A program made the position numbers and the translations under genes. DNA of 64,000 bases from Bongovirus bongo. Taxonomy: Duplodnaviria; Heunggongvirae; Uroviricota; Caudoviricetes; Vilmaviridae. The stretch is taken from the IMG/VR virus record IMGVR_UViG_2595698371_000001; one strand, 5' to 3'. The notes beneath the pieces are model-generated. The model was not told the origin of the DNA and made no database searches. It saw only the letters and a program-made list of their open reading frames with translations. Positions 38,558 to 47,231 of this stretch are shown here, piece by piece. Numbering within the stretch: position 1 is the stretch's first letter; every line of letters starts with the position of its first letter.

Positions 38558-39316
38558 CATTTGGGGCATGGCCCATAAGCTGAGGTGACTCAGTGAAAGG
38601 TGAGGGTGACTCCTCGCCGCCCGCAAGGGTCCCCATGCAATCCAAACCTTGAGCAGTCCCCTGTGGGGCTGCCAGGATGCGAGTTCATCGTGTGACCAAC
38701 GCCAAGTGGTGAGGTCGGGTTCGGTACCGTGCCGAAGAGCCAGCGAGTAACGGATGAGCAGCCTGTGGGGCGGAAGGAACTTGAGTCGGAGGCCTGGCAG
38801 CCAACGGCGGGTTCCATGACCGATCTCGCGTGGACGACGGTTCACAATGCGGTTGAGGGAGAGAGTGAGTAGCCCGCCAGGCAAAAGCTCGAGAGGCGTG
38901 AAGCATTCTGTAGCTCAAAAGGTTACGGAACTTCATGGGGAAGCACGTCTCTAGTCACAACTACCACGCTATTGGTTAGCAAACTGTCCTGAACACAGTT
39001 GTAGAGGTTCGACTCCTCACAAAGCAAAAGCCTTTCCCTGCCGGTAAGCGAAAGCGCCACTAATCCCCGACTGGGAGCAGAATCGGGGCAGGACGAGCCC
39101 GCAAGGCGGATCCTGTTTGTAGACGAGTAGTGCAGCCATGGGACGGCCATCCTAACGGCGAAGCCAAAGTCGCAGAGTAGCTTTCGGCATTACGAGTGGT
39201 CAGCGTTACTGACCGGGCGTTGCACGTACACAGGGGACTGTGTGGACAAGCCGGGAATCCATAATCCGGCGAAAGCGTGTGAAGGAAGGTTTAGTCTCTA
39301 GCCCTTTCAACAACGG

Positions 39317-39386
39317 GACATAGCTCAAATGGCAGAGTGGGGCAATTGGTGCCCTGGATTCAGGTTCGACTCCTGGTGGCCCGACG
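39317..39386 (+). other. tRNA-like element, either a pseudo-tRNA or an atypical tRNA-Gln(UUG); the anticodon region is 2 nt short or has A33
   Basis: good acceptor (CGGGACA/TGGCCCG), U8, D-arm GCTC-AAATGGCA-GAGT and T-arm TCAGG-TTCGACT-CCTGG, but the anticodon arm cannot be folded canonically. Confidence 0.3.
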
Positions 39387-39388
39387 TT

Positions 39389-39766
39389 ATGGCACTGGCA
39401 GGTGAAGCGAAGCGTGAGTACCAGCGACAGTGGCGAGCGAATCGCCGCGCGGCCTGGTTTGCCGGTAAGGCGTGTGTTCGGTGTGGATCTGATGAGGATC
39501 TAGAACTCGACCACGTAGACCCGACGTTGAAGGTGACGAATGCGGTCTGGTCATGGTCGCAGGAGCGCCGCGACGTGGAGCTTGCGAAGTGTCAAGTGCT
39601 CTGCAACGCTTGCCATAAGGCTAAGACCATATCCCAGACCGTCATCACTATCGGTCTGAAGGCGTACCGCCATGGCACGTGCAGCATGTACGAGCATCAC
39701 CGATGCAGGTGCGGACTGTGTAGGTTGTGGGCGCGAAACAAGAAGCGGCGTCAACGCGCCGCGTGA
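39389..39766 (+). CDS. HNH endonuclease, paralog 1 of the tRNA-array pair
   Basis: ATG immediately after the tRNA-like element; CVRCGS...LELDHVDPT...CNACH; about 60% identical to the 44049 gene over the N-terminus (REYQRQWRANRRAAWFAGKAC versus REYMRRWVANRRSAFFASKQC). Confidence 0.65.
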   Translation: MALAGEAKREYQRQWRANRRAAWFAGKACVRCGSDEDLELDHVDPTLKVTNAVWSWSQERRDVELAKCQVLCNACHKAKTISQTVITIGLKAYRHGTCSMYEHHRCRCGLCRLWARNKKRRQRAA

Positions 39767-39769
39767 TAT

Positions 39770-39851
39770 GCGGTCTCTCCCCTATTGGCGAAGGGCCCCT
39801 GGCTGTAACCCAGGGCTTTCGAGTGTGGTGGTTCGAATCCATCAGGCCGCA
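39770..39851 (+). tRNA. tRNA-Tyr (anticodon GUA), type II
   Basis: acceptor GCGGTCT/AGGCCGC; anticodon arm CCTGG-CTGTAAC-CCAGG; long variable arm; T-loop TTCGAAT; begins 3 nt after the HNH stop codon. Confidence 0.5.
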
Positions 39852-40020
39852 CGTTATGGACTGACGAGGCATTGCGCTCACGGGCTTGCGGCCGTGAGAT
39901 AGAGCCTTCGCCCGCAAGGCCAGTCCAATGGGTGGCGATTAGAGGGAGGGCCTCGTGCCCGAATCGAAAGTGCCCAGCGGCTAGTGGAGAGGTGAGCCGA
40001 CTGAATTGCCTTTCCATCAT

Positions 40021-40092
40021 TGCTCTCTCGTCTAACTGGCAGGACACCAGAATCTGACTCTGGCAGTTGAGGTTCGAATCCTTGGGGAGCAA
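40021..40092 (+). tRNA. tRNA-Gln (anticodon CUG)
   Basis: U1-A72 acceptor TGCTCTC/GGGAGCA; D stem GTC/GAC; anticodon arm CCAGA-ATCTGAC-TCTGG; T-arm TGAGG-TTCGAAT-CCTTG. Confidence 0.5.
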
Positions 40093-40096
40093 CAAT

Positions 40097-40169
40097 CTGG
40101 GTGAGGTGTAAGTGGTTGCATGGCCGGTTTGGATCCGGGCGGTTCGAGGTTCGAGTCCTCGCACCCAGA
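40097..40169 (+). tRNA. tRNA-Pro (anticodon UGG)
   Basis: acceptor CTGGGTG/CACCCAG; anticodon loop TTTGGAT; T-arm CGAGG-TTCGAGT-CCTCG; one mismatch in the anticodon stem. Confidence 0.45.
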
Positions 40170-40210
40170 CGACGAGTTTGCTGGTTTCCTTGGCTACAAA
40201 ACCAGCGTTC

Positions 40211-40293
40211 GGAGAGTTCCGCTGAATGGTCGGCAACCGGCGTCGAATACCGGGGCAGGGTGACACCTGGGGGTTCGAGTCCTCAACTCTCCG
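40211..40293 (+). tRNA. tRNA-Ser (anticodon CGA), type II
   Basis: acceptor GGAGAGT/ACTCTCC; loop GTCGAAT; long variable arm; T-loop TTCGAGT; 83 nt. Confidence 0.4.
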
Positions 40294-40462
40294 CAACGGC
40301 CGACCGGTAGGGGTCTCCCGGTCATTTAGTCAGGTCGCTGCCCAGGCGGGATGCATACCAATCGGGCGGAATTGGGGCCTCAGGACTTAGCGTGGCACCG
40401 TCGCGAAGAGAAAGCCCACTCTGCATGGTCGTCAGGTGGGATACGGCCCTTTACGGTGCGCT

Positions 40463-40548
40463 GGAGAGTGGAACCATCTAGGTGGATGGCCGCGATTGCT
40501 AATCGTGGGGCAGCGTAACGCTGTGTGGATCGTGCCCACTCCTCTCCG
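40463..40548 (+). tRNA. tRNA-Ser-like (anticodon GCU), type II with a non-canonical T-loop
   Basis: anticodon arm CGCGA-TTGCTAA-TCGTG; variable-arm hairpin CAGCG-TAA-CGCTG; acceptor GGAGAG...CTCTCC; the T-loop lacks the TTC. Confidence 0.3.
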
Positions 40549-40656
40549 CAATGAAGAACTAGCTGGCCAGCCATCAGGGTGCCGGTTCAATTCCGGCAGG
40601 GAAAACCTGTGTTCTTCAGGGGGTTTGGTTGGAGTCATGACCGCCACTCCCCACAA

Positions 40657-40731
40657 CGGGTTGTAGCTCAGATTGGTGAGAGCGCTCGGTTGAAACCCGA
40701 GAGGCCCCTGGTTCGAATCCAGGCATCCCGG
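40657..40731 (+). tRNA. tRNA-Phe (anticodon GAA)
   Basis: D-arm GCTC-AGATTGGTGA-GAGC; anticodon arm CTCGG-TTGAAAC-CCGAG; T-arm CCTGG-TTCGAAT-CCAGG; acceptor CGGGTTG/CATCCCG with one U-U mismatch. Confidence 0.55.
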
Positions 40732-40853
40732 CGCACAAGGGAAACCAGACTCGCCCGCTACTGGTGAAAAGCGGGACAGACGGCAGGGGAGGACAAGCCG
40801 CAGCGAAAACCTCCACAACTCTGACTCATGATGTTTGCTGATACAATGAACTT

Positions 40854-41303
40854 ATGAGAAAGCGCTGCCCCCGCTGCGGGGTTGAGAAGGATTGCTCCGA
40901 GTTCTATAAGAACGCGCGCCGGAAGGACGGCCTGCAGCCGTACTGCAAGCGTTGCCACAAGGACACAAACAACGAGTGGTACGCCAACTCGGAGAAGCGA
41001 CGTACTGACATCAAGCGTCGCCGCAAGGCCCATATTGAGATGTTGCAGGAGCACTTGCGGCAGCACCTGATTGACAACCCGTGCGTGGATTGCGGGGAGT
41101 CCGATCTCGTTGTCCTGGACCTGGACCACCGGGATGGCGAGAGTAAGGTCAAAGAGGTCGCAAAGCTGATCCGCGATCAGGTCAGCCTTGAGAAGTTTCA
41201 GGCCGAGATCGCAAAGTGCGACACCCGTTGCGCTAACTGCCATAGGCGCATGACGGCTCGCCGTCATGGCGCGTGGTGGAGGTCCAAAGACATTGCGGTG
41301 TAG
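40854..41303 (+). CDS. HNH endonuclease of a different family from the 39389 and 44049 pair
   Basis: CPRCG...C..C zinc knuckles; DLDHRDGE...CANCH; preceded by an extended -10 TGATACAAT. Confidence 0.6.
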   Translation: MRKRCPRCGVEKDCSEFYKNARRKDGLQPYCKRCHKDTNNEWYANSEKRRTDIKRRRKAHIEMLQEHLRQHLIDNPCVDCGESDLVVLDLDHRDGESKVKEVAKLIRDQVSLEKFQAEIAKCDTRCANCHRRMTARRHGAWWRSKDIAV

Positions 41304-41368
41304 AGCAGTTCGGAGTGCTCGCTTGGCTCATAACCAAGAGGCCGTCGGTTCAAATCCGACCACCGCAA
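41294..41368 (+). tRNA. tRNA-Met (anticodon CAU), elongator type; a lysidine tRNA-Ile2 cannot be excluded
   Basis: perfect cloverleaf: TGCGGTG/CACCGCA, TA, GAGC-AGTTCGGAGT-GCTC, CTTGG-CTCATAA-CCAAG, GTCGG-TTCAAAT-CCGAC; overlaps the HNH stop codon by 10 nt. Confidence 0.65.
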
Positions 41369-41450
41369 CGACGCACACAGGTTCTGCAAGGGGTAGGTAA
41401 AACGGGTCGACGCCCCAGTGGCCCAAACCTGGTGCATTGAAAGGAAATAC

Positions 41451-41612
41451 ATGGCTGAGAAGCTGAAGTCCGGTGTCGCCGCTGCTCCCATCGTGAAGGC
41501 GGTCAACGATCTGATCGAGCAGACCGGCGTGATCGACGTGACGGCGCTGGCCCAGACTGTCGCGGAACTCTCGGGCCGCGTCGAGGAGCTGGAAGGGGCA
41601 GCCGAGGAGTGA
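41451..41612 (+). CDS. small hypothetical protein (53 aa) inside the tRNA array
   Basis: ATG with GAAAGGAAA SD; coiled-coil-like. Confidence 0.4.
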   Translation: MAEKLKSGVAAAPIVKAVNDLIEQTGVIDVTALAQTVAELSGRVEELEGAAEE

Positions 41613-41648
41613 CCTTGCCGTCCTGGCCATGACGTGAAACTGGCCGAT

Positions 41649-41723
41649 CCCGCCGCAGCACGACGGACGTGCACCTCGCTACGAACGAGAAGGCTGCTGG
41701 TTCGAATCCAGTCGGTGGGTCCA
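41649..41723 (+). tRNA. tRNA-Arg (anticodon ACG) with encoded CCA
   Basis: acceptor CCCGCCG/CGGTGGG; D-arm GCAC-GACGGAC-GTGC; loop CTACGAA; T-arm GCTGG-TTCGAAT-CCAGT; 3' TCCA. Confidence 0.45.
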
Positions 41724-41725
41724 TA

Positions 41726-41797
41726 CCTCTTGTAGCTCAATGGTGAGAGCGCCGGTTTGTGAGACCGGTGACCTGCGTTCGATTCGCAGCAGGGGGA
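41726..41797 (+). tRNA. tRNA-His (anticodon GUG)
   Basis: D-arm GCTC-AATGGTGA-GAGC; anticodon arm CCGGT-TTGTGAG-ACCGG; T-arm CTGCG-TTCGATT-CGCAG; no encoded G-1/C73 pair. Confidence 0.5.
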
Positions 41798-41811
41798 CAG
41801 AAGGAGACGAC

Positions 41812-42069
41812 ATGGGCGTAATGCTCTCTCAGGCCGCTCTGGAGCGCGTTGAGGAGGCTTCGGCATGGTTGCGTCAGCGGCCCGAAGTTGAGGCACGAGA
41901 GAGGCAGCTAGCCGCCATTCTCGAGCACGAGATGCGACTGGCCGGATGGGATGGCACCGGAGATCTGCGGCCGTGGTTCACCCGGTGCATGGAGATCAAC
42001 ATTGCCTTGGATCAAGCTCAGGGTCGACCACCGTCGATTCAGGACTGGCCGGGGTATATGGCTCGCTAG
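41812..42069 (+). CDS. hypothetical protein (85 aa) inside the tRNA array
   Basis: GAAGGAGACGAC SD plus ATG. Confidence 0.45.
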   Translation: MGVMLSQAALERVEEASAWLRQRPEVEARERQLAAILEHEMRLAGWDGTGDLRPWFTRCMEINIALDQAQGRPPSIQDWPGYMAR

Positions 42070-42133
42070 GCAAACTGGCAAAGCCGCCTGATTCAGAATC
42101 AGGTGCTTCCGAGTTCGACTCTCGGGCGAGCTA
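42060..42133 (+). tRNA. tRNA with anticodon CAG (Leu-decoding) on a short-variable-arm (type I) scaffold with A73
   Basis: acceptor GGCTCGC/GCGAGCT; D GGC-n11-GCC; anticodon arm CCTGA-TTCAGAA-TCAGG; 4-5 nt variable arm; T-arm CCGAG-TTCGACT-CTCGG; overlaps the upstream CDS stop codon. Confidence 0.4.
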
Positions 42134-42134
42134 C

Positions 42135-43249
<1,115 letters not shown>

Positions 43250-43256
43250 TCCCATC

Positions 43257-43329
43257 GGGACGTTGGTGAAACGGCTATCACCGCACGCTCTTAACGTGTC
43301 AGTTCTGGGTTCGAATCCCAGGCGTCCCA
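43257..43329 (+). tRNA. tRNA-Lys (anticodon CUU)
   Basis: GGGACGT/GCGTCCC; GTGA-AACGGCTA-TCAC; GCACG-CTCTTAA-CGTGT; CTGGG-TTCGAAT-CCCAG. Confidence 0.6.
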
Positions 43330-43330
43330 C

Positions 43331-43402
43331 TTGGCTATGGTGAAGTAGTGATCACGTCGACCTGATAAGTCGGAGTTCTGGGGGCAGTACCCGGTAGCCA
43401 TA
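43331..43402 (+). tRNA. tRNA-Ile-like (anticodon GAU) with a non-canonical T-loop; possible pseudo-tRNA
   Basis: D GTGA-n8-TCAC; anticodon arm TCGAC-CTGATAA-GTCGG; the T-loop GGCAGTA lacks TTC. Confidence 0.3.
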
Positions 43403-43486
43403 CCAACTTGTGTCACCGCAGCAATGCGCCAGCGTTCCAACCTTGTCGGAGAGGCAGCTGAGCGAAGTCCGACGTGACACAATCCA

Positions 43487-43562
43487 ATGCGTGTGTGATG
43501 TTTAACGGCTAGCATTCCTGTCTTCCAAACAGGCTGTGCGGGTTCGAATCCCGCCACGCGTT
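43487..43562 (+). tRNA. tRNA-Gly (anticodon UCC)
   Basis: anticodon arm CCTGT-CTTCCAA-ACAGG; T-arm GCGGG-TTCGAAT-CCCGC; acceptor ATGCGTG/CACGCGT; atypical D-arm. Confidence 0.45.
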
Positions 43563-43563
43563 C

Positions 43564-43583
43564 CACCTGCGATTACAGGACAG
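43564..43583 (+). promoter_or_regulatory. composite AB motif CACCTGCGATTACAGGACAG inside the tRNA array
   Basis: directly after tRNA-Gly. Confidence 0.45.
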
Positions 43584-43617
43584 TGGGAAACTGTATGCCC
43601 AATGCCTTGTACCAAAG

Positions 43618-43688
43618 GCCCCGCTCGTCTAATGGGAAGGCCGCTGCGTTACAAGCAGCAGACGGGAGTTCGATTCTCTCGCGGGGTA
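43618..43688 (+). tRNA. tRNA-Val (anticodon UAC)
   Basis: GCCCCGC/GCGGGGT; anticodon arm GCTGC-GTTACAA-GCAGC; T-arm GGGAG-TTCGATT-CTCTC. Confidence 0.5.
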
Positions 43689-43750
43689 CGTCGACCTGAC
43701 GAGGTCACCGGGGACGGATCACCCGGCTTAGCGGCGAACGATCCTCCAAT

Positions 43751-43822
43751 GCCGGTATAGCTCAGTGGCTAGAGCACCTGTCTAGTAAACAGGAGACCAG
43801 GGTTCGATTCCCTGTTCCGGCT
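43751..43822 (+). tRNA. tRNA-Thr (anticodon AGU)
   Basis: GCTC-AGTGGCTA-GAGC; CCTGT-CTAGTAA-ACAGG; CAGGG-TTCGATT-CCCTG. Confidence 0.55.
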
Positions 43823-43826
43823 CTCT

Positions 43827-43899
43827 GGGGGTGCATGTTCCTTGGGGGCGACGGATCCTTGCAAGATCTGTGCGGTGGGTTCGATTCCCATCATCTCCA
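43827..43899 (+). tRNA. tRNA-Ala (anticodon UGC)
   Basis: G3-U70 wobble in the acceptor GGGGGTG/CATCTCC; anticodon arm GGATC-CTTGCAA-GATCT; T-arm GTGGG-TTCGATT-CCCAT; weak D-arm. Confidence 0.4.
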
Positions 43900-43937
43900 C
43901 AATCACAATAGGTCTCTCATCGGACCTATTGTGTCAA

Positions 43938-44010
43938 TCCCGATGTCATCTAGTGGACCAGGATGCCGCCCTGTCGAGGCGGTCACGCGAGTTCGAATCT
44001 CGTCGTCGGG
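43938..44010 (+). tRNA. tRNA-Asp (anticodon GUC)
   Basis: CCCGATG/CGTCGGG; D ATCT-n9-GGAT; anticodon arm CCGCC-CTGTCGA-GGCGG; T-arm GCGAG-TTCGAAT-CTCGT. Confidence 0.55.
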
Positions 44011-44048
44011 ACGTGGCATACAAGGATCCTTCCGTGCAGCGCGAGTAT

Positions 44049-44414
44049 ATGCGGAGGTGGGTGGCCAATCGCCGCTCAGCGTTTTTCGCAAGTAAGCAGT
44101 GCGCAATGTGCGGGGCAGGTGAGGAACTGGAGTTGGATCATATTGATCCAACGAAGAAGGTTGATCATCGCATCTGGAGCTGGACAGATGCGCGCCGGTC
44201 TGAGGAGTTGGCCAAGTGCCAAGTCCTGTGCGCCTCCTGTCACAAGAAGAAGACGGGAGAGCAGTGGTACGCGAACCGCTCCGTGTCTGAGAATGCCCAC
44301 CACGGCACTAGCCGTAGGTATCGGAAGATGAAGTGCCGTTGCGGGCTGTGCAGGCTCGGCAACACCAACCGCAGTCGCGCATTGCGTCAGCGGCACCGCG
44401 TTCCCGTGGAGTAA
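44049..44414 (+). CDS. HNH endonuclease, paralog 2 of the tRNA-array pair
   Basis: ATG 44049 (alternative GTG 44013) just after tRNA-Asp; CAMCGAGEELELDHIDPT...CASCH; the ORF-track ORF began inside the tRNA. Confidence 0.65.
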   Translation: MRRWVANRRSAFFASKQCAMCGAGEELELDHIDPTKKVDHRIWSWTDARRSEELAKCQVLCASCHKKKTGEQWYANRSVSENAHHGTSRRYRKMKCRCGLCRLGNTNRSRALRQRHRVPVE

Positions 44415-44473
44415 TTGGTTATCTCGCCTGACTCTCAATCAGGAGATTGCGCGTTCAAGTCGCGTCGGGAATA
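44400..44473 (+). tRNA. tRNA-Glu (anticodon CUC)
   Basis: acceptor GTTCCCG/CGGGAAT; anticodon arm CCTGA-CTCTCAA-TCAGG; T-arm GCGCG-TTCAAGT-CGCGT; overlaps the last five codons of the HNH gene. Confidence 0.5.
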
Positions 44474-44479
44474 CGTTGA

Positions 44480-44516
44480 CCCTCAACAGGTTTCGACCTG
44501 TTGGGGGTCTTTTTTA
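44480..44516 (+). terminator. rho-independent terminator closing the tRNA array
   Basis: GACCCTCAACAGGT-ttcg-ACCTGTTGGGGGTC followed by TTTTTT. Confidence 0.8.
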
Positions 44517-44530
44517 TGCGAAAACACCTT

Positions 44531-44551
44531 CTGACCTGCGATTACAGAACC
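44531..44551 (+). promoter_or_regulatory. composite AB motif CTGACCTGCGATTACAGAACC
   Basis: between the array terminator and rtcB. Confidence 0.5.
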
Positions 44552-44647
44552 GGGCCATACTTCTTGCCGTGAGTGTGATTGCCCTCCTGATCAGCCTCCT
44601 GCTGTTCGGCCTGGCGCTCCTAATCCTCTGTCACTGAAGGGATTCCA

Positions 44648-45886
44648 TTGACCCCGACTACTTTAGCTCCGAAGATTGTCAACTTCGCTTCGGAGATCGA
44701 CCAAGCGACGATTGACCAAGCCAAGCAGATCGCGGAGATGCCGTTCATCTACCCGCACCTGGCGCTGATGCCGGATGCCCACTCGGGCAAGGGATCTGCG
44801 GTCGGCACCGTCATCCCCACCAAGGGCGCTGTCATTCCGGCCGCTGTTGGGGTGGACATCGGCTGCGGCATGATTGCCGTCAAGACGCGGTTCCAGTGGG
44901 ACGCACTGCACACCGCGAAGGCTGGCGCTCCGGATCTGGCTGCGCTGCGCCGTCAGATTGAGGCGGCGATTCCGCTGTCTCCCGGCAACTACAACACGAC
45001 GCTGTCGAAGTTCAACTTCACACGCAAGAAGCACGAAGAGCTGATCCAGTTGCAGCAGGAGCTGGACGTGGACCTGTCTCACTCGCCGAAGTGGATGGAG
45101 CAGCTGGGATCTCTCGGCGGCGGCAACCACTTCATCGAGTTGTGTGTCGACGCCGAGGACAACGTGTGGCTGTTCCTGCACTCCGGTTCTCGCGGAGTCG
45201 GCAACAAGATCGCGCAGCGCCACATCAAGGCGGCTGTGGAGTACTGCGCAGAGGGTGCGCGGCTGGCTGGCTCCGATTCGGTTCGCGCCCGCTACCGACT
45301 CCCTCACCGAGATCTCGCGTTCCTGGACGAGGGAACGTGGATGTTCGACACGTACATCAAGGAGCTGGAGTGGGCCCAGCGGTTCGCGTACCTGAACCGT
45401 GCGGAGATGATGGACCGCTTCGTCCAGGTGTTCGCGTGGTGGATGGGCGTCGAGGCTCAGCGTGTCGAGGTGGAGCGCATCAACTGCCACCACAACTACA
45501 CGGTCCCCACCGTGATCGACGGGGAGCGAGTGTGGTTGACCCGCAAGGGGGCAATCGACGCGACCGAGGGCAAGCTGGGCGTGATCCCGGGCTCGATGGG
45601 CACCCGGTCGTACGTGGTGCGGGGGAAGGGCTGCAGCGCTTCTTTGCATTCTGCGCCCCATGGAGCCGGTCGCCGGTTCTCCCGCACGAAGGCCAAGGAA
45701 CTGTTCACCAGGGATGACCTGGCCGAGCAGATGCAGGGCATCGAGTGGCGCGAGGACATCGCCGAGAAGCTGGTCGATGAGATCCCGTCCTGCTACAAGG
45801 ACATCGACCAGGTCATGGCCGATGCCGAACCGCTGGTGGACGTGGTGACAACCCTGCGCCAGGTTCTCAACGTCAAGGGCACCTAG
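44648..45886 (+). CDS. rtcB: RtcB-family RNA ligase (3'-phosphate/5'-hydroxyl)
   Basis: 412 aa; metal-ligand motifs (HSGKGS..., GGGNHFIE, HSGSRG, NCHHN, HGAGR); TTG start with GAAGGGA SD. Confidence 0.85.
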   Translation: MTPTTLAPKIVNFASEIDQATIDQAKQIAEMPFIYPHLALMPDAHSGKGSAVGTVIPTKGAVIPAAVGVDIGCGMIAVKTRFQWDALHTAKAGAPDLAALRRQIEAAIPLSPGNYNTTLSKFNFTRKKHEELIQLQQELDVDLSHSPKWMEQLGSLGGGNHFIELCVDAEDNVWLFLHSGSRGVGNKIAQRHIKAAVEYCAEGARLAGSDSVRARYRLPHRDLAFLDEGTWMFDTYIKELEWAQRFAYLNRAEMMDRFVQVFAWWMGVEAQRVEVERINCHHNYTVPTVIDGERVWLTRKGAIDATEGKLGVIPGSMGTRSYVVRGKGCSASLHSAPHGAGRRFSRTKAKELFTRDDLAEQMQGIEWREDIAEKLVDEIPSCYKDIDQVMADAEPLVDVVTTLRQVLNVKGT

Positions 45887-45919
45887 CCCGAATCATCCAC
45901 TACTGCAAAGGAGTTGCCT

Positions 45920-46819
45920 ATGAGCTGGCAAATGTGGGCATTCATCGTCATCGGCATCATCGGTGTGCTGATCACGGCGGGCGGGTTTCTGGGTTCGCGT
46001 GTGGCGACCAAGCAGGCCGACAAGGACGGCATGAAGATGATCGGCGGCTTCGGCACGCTGGTCATCGCTCTCGGGGCCATCATTTTGGCCACCGGCTGCT
46101 TCACCATCGTCGGCACCCGGCAGGTGGGCATCGAGACGGCGTTCAACCGGCCGACCGGTAAGACGTTCGAGAACGGCCTGAACTTCAAGGCCCCGTGGGC
46201 CAGCGTGGTCGAAATGGACGGCGCGATCCAGATCAACAAGTACGAGGGCCCGAGCGCCATCCGTGTGCGTCTGGGGAACAACTCGACGGCCGGTGCTGAC
46301 ACGTCGATCCGGTGGCGTATCAAGCAGGATGCGGCTGATGAGCTGTTCGTTGACTACAAGACGTTCGACAACGTGCGGGTCAACTTGATCGAGCGCAATC
46401 TGCAGGTCGCGGAGAACGAGATTTTCCAGTCGTTCGATCCGCTGGACGCCGAGTGGGCCGAGGGTGTGCCGCTGCAGCAGTTCGCCGACAAGGCGGCGGC
46501 GAAGCTCAAGGATCTGGTCGGTCAGCAGGTGGAGATCATCGACGTGTCGGTGTCGCGCCTGGACTACGACGAGCAGACCGAGGGCAAGATCAACCAGCTG
46601 AACGCGGAGCGGGCCAACACCGCTGTGGCGAAGCAGGCCAAGGACACTGCCACTGCGCAGGCCGAGGCGAACCGTGAGCTGGCGTCGTCGGTGTCGAACG
46701 ATCCGAACGTCATCGTGGCGAACTGCATCACCAAGGCGCTGGACAAGGGCGTGTCCCCGTTCGGTTGCTGGCCGACTGGCGGCGAGATGCTGCTGACCGT
46801 CCCAGCACCCGTCAAGTAA
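45920..46819 (+). CDS. SPFH/band-7 (stomatin/prohibitin-like) membrane protein
   Basis: N-terminal TM helices then a band-7 core (TRQVGIETAF...KAPWASVVEMD...); AAGGAG SD. Confidence 0.55.
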   Translation: MSWQMWAFIVIGIIGVLITAGGFLGSRVATKQADKDGMKMIGGFGTLVIALGAIILATGCFTIVGTRQVGIETAFNRPTGKTFENGLNFKAPWASVVEMDGAIQINKYEGPSAIRVRLGNNSTAGADTSIRWRIKQDAADELFVDYKTFDNVRVNLIERNLQVAENEIFQSFDPLDAEWAEGVPLQQFADKAAAKLKDLVGQQVEIIDVSVSRLDYDEQTEGKINQLNAERANTAVAKQAKDTATAQAEANRELASSVSNDPNVIVANCITKALDKGVSPFGCWPTGGEMLLTVPAPVK

Positions 46820-46883
46820 CACCACCACTGCGCCGGTCCCTCAAAACTGTTGGGGGACCGGCGCTTTCCTCTGAAAGGCAACA

Positions 46884-47231
46884 ATGAGCACCTTCTCCTC
46901 TTACCAGACGGCCACCGGCACCACCGCGATCTACCCTGGCGCGGCCGATCCCGAGTCGATCATGGGATTGTCGTATGCAGCAATGGGTCTCGCGAACGAG
47001 GCGGGCGAGGTTCTGGGCAAGGTCAAGAAGATCATCCGCGACAACGACGGCGTGATCACCGCCGAGCATCGGGAGAACATCGCCAAGGAGCTGGGCGACA
47101 CGCTGTGGTACCTGGCGCAGGTGGCGACGCAGATCGATTACCCGCTGTCGCTGATCGCTCAGGAGAACCTGGACAAGCTGGCCGACCGGGCGGAGCGTGG
47201 CGTCCTGCAGGGATCGGGGGACAACCGATGA
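46884..47231 (+). CDS. mazG: MazG-like nucleotide pyrophosphohydrolase
   Basis: E..E....E..D motif (LANEAGEVLGKV...ELGDTLWYL). Confidence 0.7.
   Translation: MSTFSSYQTATGTTAIYPGAADPESIMGLSYAAMGLANEAGEVLGKVKKIIRDNDGVITAEHRENIAKELGDTLWYLAQVATQIDYPLSLIAQENLDKLADRAERGVLQGSGDNR

Noticed and set aside
38049-38936. ORF-track ORFs 38049..38309 (-), 38072..38305 (+), 38498..38884 (-), 38590..38817 (-) and 38685..38936 (-) in the tRNA region
   Set aside because: They overlap the tmRNA 3' domain and tRNA-Asn, or lie in hairpin-rich sequence in mixed frames and orientations; treated as non-coding RNA space.
39329-39388. N-terminal 20 codons of ORF-track ORF 39329..39766 (MAEWGNWCPGFRFDSWWPDV)
   Set aside because: This stretch is the 3' half of a tRNA-like element. 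The HNH paralog alignment starts at the downstream ATG 39389. The same logic trims 43842..44048 from the second HNH.
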